A DNA stretch of 32,879 nucleotides from an uncultured Anaerolineales bacterium (GTDB taxonomy: Bacteria > Chloroflexota > Anaerolineae > B4-G1): the NCBI GenBank assembly GCA_964420485.1, contig CAYQTW010000001.1:1-32879 (forward strand), read 5' to 3'. Position 1 is the first letter of the stretch, and every line of letters starts with the position of its first letter. Made by a program: the position numbers and the translations under genes. Of this stretch, positions 23,504 through 30,138 are shown one piece after another. Under the pieces are notes generated by a model. The model saw only the letters and a program-made list of their open reading frames with translations. It was not told where the DNA came from and searched no databases.

Positions 23504-24450
23504 GCATCCCCCCGCTGCTTGCGGATGAGTGAGATAAACGCCTCCTCCATCCGTGGCTCGATCTCGCGCATCCCCGCGCAGGTGATTCCCTGGGCGGCCA
23601 GCGCGGCCTCGATCTCCCGCCTCCGTCTCTCCACGTCGTCCACAAAGACGTGGAGCATGGCCCCATAGGTTTGCACCTCCAACATTCCCTCCATCTCTTC
23701 GACCAGTCGCCAGGCTGGCACGAAATTCGAGGGGGTGAACTCGAGCAAGCGCCCCGGCGCCGTATGCCTGATCGTCTCCGGCGAGTCGTGGGCGATGAGG
23801 CGACCCTGGTACATCAACCCCACCCAGTTGCAACGCTCCGCTTCGTCCATGTAGGGGGTGCAGACAAATATCGTGGTCCCTTTTTCCGTGCGCAGGTCTC
23901 CCAGCAGGTTCCAGAACTCGCGGCGGCTGACCGGGTCCACGCCCAGCGTTGGCTCGTCCATCATCACCACCTGGGGTTCGTGGACCAGGCTGCACGCCAG
24001 GGCCAGTTTTTTCTTCATCCCGCCGGAGAGTCGCCCGGCCAGCCGTTTGGTAAAGTCGCCCAAACCGGCGAACTCGAGCAGTTCGGGGATGCGCTTTTGT
24101 TGTTCCTCCCGGCTGACTCCCTGGACGTTGGCGAAGAAGCGCATGTTCTCCATCACCGTCAGGTCGCCGGGGAGGGCAAACTGCTGGGCGATGTAGCCCA
24201 CACGCTCGCGGATTTCGTAGGTGTCGCGCATGGAATCGTAACCCAGGACACTGCTCTCACCGGCGGTGCGCGTGAGCAGCCCCAGGATCGTGCGGGTGGT
24301 CGTCGTCTTGCCCGCCCCGTCCGGCCCGATGAGGCCATAGGTCTCGCCGCGCCGCACTTGCAGCGTCACGCCGTCCACGGCCGTCACCGTGCCGCGCCTG
24401 GTCTTGAACTGTTTCACCAAATCGTGAGTCGAGATAGTTACCTCAGTCAC
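23500..24450 (-). CDS. ABC transporter ATP-binding protein, type A, copy 1
   Basis: GPDGAGKTTTTRTI, LSGGMKKKLALA, VMMDEPTLGVDP. GTG 24450 is preceded by gaggtgg. Confidence 0.93.
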   Translation of the reverse strand: MTEVTISTHDLVKQFKTRRGTVTAVDGVTLQVRRGETYGLIGPDGAGKTTTTRTILGLLTRTAGESSVLGYDSMRDTYEIRERVGYIAQQFALPGDLTVMENMRFFANVQGVSREEQQKRIPELLEFAGLGDFTKRLAGRLSGGMKKKLALACSLVHEPQVVMMDEPTLGVDPVSRREFWNLLGDLRTEKGTTIFVCTPYMDEAERCNWVGLMYQGRLIAHDSPETIRHTAPGRLLEFTPSNFVPAWRLVEEMEGMLEVQTYGAMLHVFVDDVERRRREIEAALAAQGITCAGMREIEPRMEEAFISLIRKQRGDA

Positions 24451-24461
24451 AAATCCACCTC

Positions 24462-24523
24462 AGAACGCGGATTCCAGGACATTGGCGGATTTCTGATCCG
24501 CCAATCCTGCCAATCCGTGTTCT
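24462..24523. repeat. Palindromic repeat family AGAACACGGAT...ATCCGTGTTCT (complete hairpin unit)
   Basis: agaacgcggattccaggacattggcggat / atccgccaatcctgccaatccgtgttct. It lies between the permease stop (24529) and the ATPase start (24450). Confidence 0.8.
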
Positions 24524-24528
24524 CACAT

Positions 24529-25665
24529 CTAATCCAGCCTTTTCTTGAACGTCACCGCCGCGAGCACCATCGTTACGGCTCCGTAGATGACAAGGACGAG
24601 CACATCGCTCCACATAAAGGATAGCCCAACTCCCTTGGTGATGACGCCCCGGGCGATGCGGATGAAATAGGTCGCCGGGATGAGATTGCCAAAGGCCCGC
24701 ACCACGGGCGGCATCGGTGCGCGGGGATAGATGAGGCCGGTCAACAACATGCCTAGCAGCATCAACATGGTCGTGATCTGTTGAGCCTGCTTTTGCGTTT
24801 GCGCAACCGTCGAGACCAGCAACCCCAGGCCCAGCCCAGAGACAATGTACAACAGAGAGAGCCAGGCAAAGAGCCACGGGCTGCCACGAAAGGGCACGTC
24901 GAACCAGAAAACCCCGGCCAGGATGATAATCAACATATTGATGGCCGTCAGCAGAATATTGGGCGCTATTTTGCCCACGATGAGTTCGAGTGGGCGGACA
25001 GGTGTAACCAGCATTTGCTCCAGGGTGCCCAGTTCGCGCTCGCGCACCACGGACGTGGATACCTGGGCGATTGTCAGCAGCAACATTAGCAGCGCCGCTA
25101 TCCCCGGTATCATAAACATCAAGCCGTCCATGTTGGGGTTGTAGAGAACGCGGGTGGAGGTATAGATGGGGAGCGATCCAATGCCGCCCAGACCCTTATG
25201 GCCCGCTTTCTCCAGCATCAACTCCATCCCCTGCGCCTGGGCGATGGCGCTCGCCGCGCTGTAACCCGCTTGCACGGTGAACGAATCGGAGCCGTCGAGG
25301 ACGATCAGCGCCTGGGCGTCGCCGCGCTCGACCTGCGCCGCAAAGTCTGGCGGGATCACGACGCCAGCCTTGACCTGTCCCTCGCCGATGGCCTGGAGTA
25401 CCTGCTCCTTGCCCTCCACGTGCATCTCCATATCGAAATACCCCGAGATTTCCAGTGCCTCGACAAAGGCCCGGCTGCGGGCGTCCCGGCTCATATCGGC
25501 GACGGCTGTGGGGATGTGATCTATCGTCAGCGTCACAGCGTAGGCAAAGAGAAACATCTCGATGAGCGGCAGGGCCAGGATCATTACCAGCGTGCGCCAA
25601 TCTCGTAGAATCTGGATGGTCTCTTTTTGAATGAGAGCGCCGATGCGCTGTAACGATTTCCGCAT
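24529..25665 (-). CDS. ABC-2 type transporter permease (second)
   Basis: MRKSLQRIGALIQKETIQILRDWRTLVMILALPLIEMFLFAYA... is collinear with the upstream permease paralog, with a large extracytoplasmic loop followed by multiple TM segments. ATG 25665 was chosen. The ORF-track extension to 26310 overlaps the paralog. Confidence 0.9.
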   Translation of the reverse strand: MRKSLQRIGALIQKETIQILRDWRTLVMILALPLIEMFLFAYAVTLTIDHIPTAVADMSRDARSRAFVEALEISGYFDMEMHVEGKEQVLQAIGEGQVKAGVVIPPDFAAQVERGDAQALIVLDGSDSFTVQAGYSAASAIAQAQGMELMLEKAGHKGLGGIGSLPIYTSTRVLYNPNMDGLMFMIPGIAALLMLLLTIAQVSTSVVRERELGTLEQMLVTPVRPLELIVGKIAPNILLTAINMLIIILAGVFWFDVPFRGSPWLFAWLSLLYIVSGLGLGLLVSTVAQTQKQAQQITTMLMLLGMLLTGLIYPRAPMPPVVRAFGNLIPATYFIRIARGVITKGVGLSFMWSDVLVLVIYGAVTMVLAAVTFKKRLD

Positions 25666-25682
25666 ACTGTCTTTTCCTGGTG

Positions 25683-25715
25683 ACCTTCCCGAAAGCTGCG
25701 AGCTTTCGGGAAGGT
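25683..25715. other. Perfect 15-bp-stem hairpin between the two permease genes
   Basis: accttcccgaaagct-gcg-agctttcgggaaggt. On the minus (coding) strand it is followed by caccaggaaaag, with no U-tract. Confidence 0.8.
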
Positions 25716-25718
25716 TTT

Positions 25719-26852
25719 CTAGTCCAGCCCTTGCTTGAACACGCGAGAAGCAGCGAACATGATCACGACGCTGTAGATGGCTATCGCGACGGCCTGATCC
25801 CAAAAGAATGTGATGCCGACGCCCTTGGTGATAATGCCCCGCGAAATGGGGATGAAATATGTCAGTGGGAACAGGTTGCCGGCGAGGCGCAAAAGGACAG
25901 GCATCGCCTCGCGCGGGAACATGAATCCCGAGAGAATGACTCCCAACAACATCATCACCATGATCAGTTGCTGAGTCTGCCTTTGATTTTGCGCGACAGT
26001 CGAGATCAATAACCCCAGCCCTAATCCAGAAAAGACGTATATAAAGGCCAGCCCGAAAAAGAGCCCAAAGTTGCCCTGAAAAGGTACGCCGAACCCCCAG
26101 GCGCCAATTGCGAGGACGGTCAGCAGATTGATCATGGCAATGAGTATGTTGGGAGCAATTTTGCCCACCAAGAGTTCGCCGGGCCGGATGGGGGTAACGA
26201 GGATTTGCTCGACGGTGCCCGTCTCGCGCTCGCGCACCACGGCGGCGGCGGTCAAGACGATAGTTTGGGTTTGCAAAAGCATGGCGCACATGCCGGGGAT
26301 AATGAACCACAACGTCTCCATATCCGGGTTGTAGAGGATGCGGACGAGCGCGTCGAAGGGCAGGAAACTCTCCCCGTCCGCCACCAGCCCCGAACGTTCC
26401 ACCTTTTCCATCAATACCTCGGTCGCGTGGGCCTCGGCGATGATGGTGGCGGCGTTATAGGCCGACTGGGAGGTGAAGAGGTCCGAGCCATCTACCAAAA
26501 AGAGCACTTGAGCGTCGCCACGCTCCACACGGGCGCCAAAGTCGGGGGGGATCACGATGCCCGCCTGGACGCGCCCCTCGTCAATGGCCTGGATCACGTC
26601 AGCCTGGCTGGGCACGTACTCGACGACGTCGAAATAGCCCGAGACCACCGCCGCGTCCACGTATGCCTGACTGGCGCTATCGCGGCTCTGGTCGGCCACG
26701 ATTGTCGGGATGTGGTCCACATTCATATTGAGCGCGTAACCAAAGAGGAGCAACTGGATAATGGGCATACTGAGCATCAGCATCAGCGTGCGCCGGTCCC
26801 GGAGGGTCTGGATGAATTCTTTTTGTATCACGGCCCAGATTCGTCGCAGCAT
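25719..26852 (-). CDS. ABC-2 type transporter permease (first)
   Basis: MLRRIWAVIQKEFIQTLRDRRTLMLMLSMPIIQLLLFGYA..., ABC-2/YbhS-YbhR-like topology. SD gaggt precedes ATG 26852. Confidence 0.92.
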   Translation of the reverse strand: MLRRIWAVIQKEFIQTLRDRRTLMLMLSMPIIQLLLFGYALNMNVDHIPTIVADQSRDSASQAYVDAAVVSGYFDVVEYVPSQADVIQAIDEGRVQAGIVIPPDFGARVERGDAQVLFLVDGSDLFTSQSAYNAATIIAEAHATEVLMEKVERSGLVADGESFLPFDALVRILYNPDMETLWFIIPGMCAMLLQTQTIVLTAAAVVRERETGTVEQILVTPIRPGELLVGKIAPNILIAMINLLTVLAIGAWGFGVPFQGNFGLFFGLAFIYVFSGLGLGLLISTVAQNQRQTQQLIMVMMLLGVILSGFMFPREAMPVLLRLAGNLFPLTYFIPISRGIITKGVGITFFWDQAVAIAIYSVVIMFAASRVFKQGLD

Positions 26853-26868
26853 GGTTTACCTCAGATAG

Positions 26869-26938
26869 AGAACACGGATGCGCAGGATTTACAGATCAAT
26901 CGGCGTAAAATCCGTTCAATCCTGGAAATCCGTGTTCT
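26869..26938. repeat. Palindromic repeat family AGAACACGGAT...ATCCGTGTTCT (complete hairpin unit)
   Basis: agaacacggatgcgcaggattt ... aaatccgttcaatcctggaaatccgtgttct. It directly abuts the tetR stop (26939) and lies upstream of the permease start. Confidence 0.8.
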
Positions 26939-27559
26939 TTACGTACTGACGCGGACGCCGTCCAGGAGCAAGTCCACCATAGCCTCGGCCAAAGCACGCC
27001 GCTTCTCCGCCGAAGGCAGCGGTGCCATCCCGCGAATAGCCGGCACTATTAGACTTCCGAACATGCCCAGCACCAACTGCGCGACCAACGCCGGGTCAAC
27101 GGGACGAAAGACCCCGGCGGTGATGCGCTCGGCAATGTATTTTGTCAGCAGTTGGTGGATTTGCCTGATCCGCGCGGCGATGGATTCCTCCAGGATGCCG
27201 TTGTCCACCCAGACCTCGCTGAACAAGGTGCGATTGAAGGGCAGTTGGGCTTCGGTAATACTCAGCCCCTTTTCGATCATCTCGACCATCGCCTCGCGGT
27301 CTCCCAACTCGCCCATTTCCAGCAGGGCGGCCACCATCGGTGTCTCTGTCTCGTTGACGATGGCCAATAGTATCTCGCGCTTGCCGCCAAAATAATTATA
27401 GATAGTGCCCTCCGACACGTCAGCGGCGGCGGCGATCTCTTTGGTGGTGGCACGGTGAAAGCCCTTCTCGGCGAACACCCTCGCGGCAGCGTCGAGAATC
27501 TCGCGGCGGCGGCGCGCAATGCGCCGCTGGCGACGAGTGGTAGATTGCTCGTTGACCAT
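26939..27559 (-). CDS. TetR/AcrR family transcriptional regulator
   Basis: RREILDAAARVFAEKGFHRATTKEIAAAADVSEGTIYNYFGGKREIL is a canonical TetR N-terminal HTH. ATG 27559 is preceded by aggagg. The ORF-track start at 27658 would include the promoter/operator. Confidence 0.92.
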   Translation of the reverse strand: MVNEQSTTRRQRRIARRRREILDAAARVFAEKGFHRATTKEIAAAADVSEGTIYNYFGGKREILLAIVNETETPMVAALLEMGELGDREAMVEMIEKGLSITEAQLPFNRTLFSEVWVDNGILEESIAARIRQIHQLLTKYIAERITAGVFRPVDPALVAQLVLGMFGSLIVPAIRGMAPLPSAEKRRALAEAMVDLLLDGVRVST

Positions 27560-27578
27560 AACGGCCTCCTGTTGCGAT

Positions 27579-27609
27579 GAGTGCTCACTCAATAAATGAG
27601 TGAGCACTC
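27579..27609. promoter_or_regulatory. Candidate TetR operator: perfect 13-bp inverted repeat
   Basis: GAGTGCTCACTCA-ataaa-TGAGTGAGCACTC, located between the predicted -10 and the tetR SD. Confidence 0.6.
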
Positions 27610-27611
27610 GC

Positions 27612-27639
27612 ATTTTACCACGGTTCTGGCCGTTGTCAA
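27612..27639 (-). promoter_or_regulatory. Sigma70-like promoter of tetR (and probably the downstream ABC/HlyD genes)
   Basis: Minus strand: TTGACA (27639-27634), 16-nt spacer, TAAAAT (27617-27612). Confidence 0.6.
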
Positions 27640-27705
27640 GCAGTATAGGACCTCGCACCCGCCGACTTGTAACGAACGACCGCGCCCCGAATCTAGGGCG
27701 CGGTC

Positions 27706-27796
27706 GTATCTTCTCAATAGGTAGGGGCGAACCCTTGCGGTCGCCCTTGTGGGCAAGAGCAAGTCCTGCCCCTACCCCAGGATATTGAGAAGATAC
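27706..27796. mobile_element. 91-bp MITE-like element, copy B
   Basis: Identical to 4758-4848. Flanked by the 8-bp duplication gcgcggtc (27698-27705 and 27797-27804). Confidence 0.85.
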
Positions 27797-27828
27797 GCGC
27801 GGTCGAGGTGACGGATTGTTCAGTACGG

Positions 27829-27954
27829 TTATTCCGGGTAGAAAGCGATACCGACGGTCCCCGGCCCGACGTGCGTGCCGATGACGGGGCTGACCGTGGT
27901 GCGGTAGACCGTGGAGATGCCGAAGCGCTCCTTTACCTGTTCAATGACAGTTGA
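27829..27954 (-). pseudogene. C-terminal fragment (about 40 codons) of a DegV-family gene
   Basis: TVIEQVKERFGISTVYRTTVSPVIGTHVGPGTVGIAFYPE* matches the conserved DegV C-terminus (...IGxHxGPGxxGxAF). Nothing DegV-like lies upstream. Confidence 0.5.
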
Positions 27955-28360
27955 TGATGACCCTGGGGCCGTCCGTGCGCCCGCCGATCTCGCCCTGCGT
28001 GTCGCCATCAATGATGACCTGTCCGCCTTTCACATAAGGCAGGTCGCCGGCCAGTTCGATTTTCCAGACGCCGAGACCGCTATTGTATCCCGTATCGGTG
28101 AGTGGAATGTTGAACTTGATGAGGATGGGACGGTCTGCGCCATCCATTGCACTGGCCTCGACGATGGCCCGGCGCAGGGTGCAAATACATCGGGCGCAGG
28201 TGCCGGCGGGCCGACAAGATCCCGGTAGCAGGTATAACCTGGGCTGGTGTCAGGATCACTCGTGCTGGTGACGGTGATGGCAGTGTTGTACGTGTACTCT
28301 GCCTGCGTGGTGATGGCACTGTCATTGCGGGTTTGAAGGCTGACAGAGTTTACGGTTCAT
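27941..28360 (-). pseudogene. Frameshifted, truncated N-terminal fragment of a CSLREA-type secreted beta-helix protein
   Basis: ATG 28360 with SD aaaggag opens a 12-codon frame. A second frame reads ...ITVTSTSDPDTSPGYTC... A third reads CTLRRAIVEASAMDGADRPILIKFNIP...GQVIIDGDTQGEIGG...VIINCH*. The order T.TSD...PG..C...CTLRxAI.EAN is the CSLREA N-terminal signature. At least two frameshifts, followed by premature termination. Confidence 0.5.
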
Positions 28361-28444
28361 CGGAATCTCCTTTCACTATTTGATTGTGGTGTTGCGTGAA
28401 ACGTGCTGATTTCAAGTCTCGGTTCGTCGAAATAGGTCGCGTCA

Positions 28445-28660
28445 TCACCTCCTCTCCTGTTTAGTCTGAGAGAATTCGCTCTCCCCGATGGATGTCGTGT
28501 GAGCCGGCTGCCCCAGCCACCCTTCCAGAAGCGCCCACAGTTCACTCCGCTGCCGGAAAACAGCCACCTGGCGCGGGCTAATCGTCTCCACCTGGCCGTG
28601 CCATTCTTTGTCGCCGGTCTCTTGTTGTAGGCGGATGATTATGGTCAGACGTTGCAACAT
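28445..28660 (-). CDS. Small hypothetical protein (71 aa)
   Basis: MLQRLTIIIRLQQETGDKEWHGQVETISPRQVAVFRQRSELWALLEGWL fits a pattern I recall in small uncharacterised proteins: hydrophobic strand-R-[LI]-x-x-E...W-[HR]-G-x-[VI]-E...F...EL..[FL]L. No clear SD. Confidence 0.4.
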   Translation of the reverse strand: MLQRLTIIIRLQQETGDKEWHGQVETISPRQVAVFRQRSELWALLEGWLGQPAHTTSIGESEFSQTKQERR

Positions 28661-28680
28661 GAGTTTTGCTCAGTCTAGCG

Positions 28681-30039
28681 TCACACCCCGCAGTCAGAGA
28701 CCTCCAGGCTGTACTCCCCGGCCGTCATATCCCAGAATTCGTCCACGATGACGATGTACTGACCCTCCTGCTCCAACGTCACGCACTGCGCCACTTCGGG
28801 TTCACCGTCGCCGGCCTCGTCCAGTTCGTCAACCAGCATTGTGCCATCGGGGGCGATGATGGAAAGGAGCAGGTCCATCTCCGCGTCCGGCGTGAGAGTG
28901 ACGTCCACCCTTTGGCTAACCCCTGTGCTGTACAGAAACCAGGCGTGCTTTTCGCCCTCGGCCAGCGTCACTATGAACGTTTCACCGACCAAGAGTTCGC
29001 CCTGCTCGATTGCACCGGGCGGCACGATGGCGCCTATGGGATCGGGGCTGCCCAAGAGTTCCAGTTCGTAATATCCCGGCTCCTCGAACAATTCCCTGAC
29101 TATGATAGTGTATTCACCATCGTCCGGCAACTCATAGTCCAGCAGAATTTCCGCTTCACCGGCCCATGCGTCGTCCATCTCGAGTAGACTTGTGCCATCG
29201 GGAGCAAGCAGTTGGAGAGTCACGTCCATATCCTCTCCCAGCGGGTTCAGTATGACGGTGACGTATTCGCCGGCAGAGCCGTCAAAAGTCCAGTTGTGCA
29301 CGTCGCCGCCGGCAAACTCGTCGTTGACTAAATCGCCATAGACCAGATAACCACGCCACTCGCCCTCCTCGCCCGGCGGCGTGATGCCAAAGTCAAACCC
29401 GCTGCCCTCGAAGAGTTCAATGCTCTCCAGGATGGCATCCACGGTGGCGGCGTGCTCGTCCCACAGTTCGTCCGGGCCGAACGCCATCACCCCGGCGGCC
29501 TGTGCGCCATTGTCGTAAATGGCGACCTTGCCGTGAATGGTCTCTCCCGCTTCAGTGGCGCGGAACTCGATCAGGGTAACGGGAACCTCATTGATGGTGG
29601 TCTCCACCGGATCGCCCAGGAATTCCATGTCGCCACCAGCACCAAATTCCTCTGCAACCATGTCCTCCGGCGAACCTTCCATCTCCATCTCGTCGGACGG
29701 GCCGGCTATGATGAATACGACGACTCCCTCCGGCATCTCCTCACCAGATATATCGGCGTCGGGAACGCTGGAGAGGGTGATGAAAAAGGAGTCGTCGTAG
29801 AACCAATCCTCCGGGTAGGATAGCCGCACTCCCAGAGTCTCACTCTCGGCCGAGACCACGTTGCCCGCAGGCGCAGCGGTCTCTGGCGTACTGGTCGGCG
29901 GCGGCGGCGGCGCTTGTGTGGCGGGCGGTGGCGCCGGCGTCGCTGTAGGCTCTTTCTCGCCTCCCAGACCGCAGGCCAGGCTGGCAAACACCAGGACGAT
30001 CAGAGCGATGCCTATCTGACGAGTTGTTTTGTTTTTCAT
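28681..30039 (-). CDS. Secreted lipoprotein with Pro/Thr-rich linker and two PPC-like (pre-peptidase C-terminal type) beta-sandwich domains
   Basis: MKNKTTRQIGIALIVLVFASLACG lipobox, then PTATPAPPPATQAPPPPPTSTPE. Two C-terminal units look PPC-like (...HNWTFDGSAGEYVTVILNPLGEDMDVTLQLLAPDGTSLLE...GEYTIIVRE... and ...HAWFLYSTGVSQRVDVTLTPDAEMDLLLSIIAPDGTMLVD...GQYIVIVDE...). ATG 30039 has a ggagg SD. Confidence 0.75.
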   Translation of the reverse strand: MKNKTTRQIGIALIVLVFASLACGLGGEKEPTATPAPPPATQAPPPPPTSTPETAAPAGNVVSAESETLGVRLSYPEDWFYDDSFFITLSSVPDADISGEEMPEGVVVFIIAGPSDEMEMEGSPEDMVAEEFGAGGDMEFLGDPVETTINEVPVTLIEFRATEAGETIHGKVAIYDNGAQAAGVMAFGPDELWDEHAATVDAILESIELFEGSGFDFGITPPGEEGEWRGYLVYGDLVNDEFAGGDVHNWTFDGSAGEYVTVILNPLGEDMDVTLQLLAPDGTSLLEMDDAWAGEAEILLDYELPDDGEYTIIVRELFEEPGYYELELLGSPDPIGAIVPPGAIEQGELLVGETFIVTLAEGEKHAWFLYSTGVSQRVDVTLTPDAEMDLLLSIIAPDGTMLVDELDEAGDGEPEVAQCVTLEQEGQYIVIVDEFWDMTAGEYSLEVSDCGV

Positions 30040-30092
30040 TTGTTTTTCCTCCTTCCAAGGATGTGATATGTGAAAACGATTGGACACACTTG

Positions 30093-30101
30093 AGTATAAC
30101 A
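30093..30101 (-). promoter_or_regulatory. Candidate extended -10 element (TGtTATACT) upstream of the lipoprotein gene
   Basis: The minus strand reads tgttatact about 55 nt upstream of ATG 30039. No good -35. Confidence 0.3.
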
Positions 30102-30138
30102 TACCGGCGTCTCAGTTTCGTCTCTGCCGAGTTATGGG

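Noticed and set aside
23504-23995. 164-aa N-terminal extension of the ATPase B1 ORF (ORF track 22550-23995)
   Set aside because: The extension is R/G/P-rich and overlaps ATPase A1 in another frame. The conserved ATPase N-terminus (SEYTIEVENLTKRF) begins at GTG 23503, which overlaps the A1 stop.
25666-26310. N-terminal extension of the permease 2 ORF (ORF track 24529-26310)
   Set aside because: It overlaps permease 1 out of frame. Alignment with the paralog shows the true N-terminus is MRKSLQRIGALIQKE at ATG 25665.
26205-27395. 396-aa ORF on the plus strand
   Set aside because: It is antisense to permease 1 and tetR and spans the intergenic repeat. No recognisable domains.
28357-28545. 62-aa minus-strand ORF
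   Set aside because: It overlaps the 3' end of the better-supported 71-aa ORF and the leader of the pseudogene. Composition is arbitrary, with no SD.
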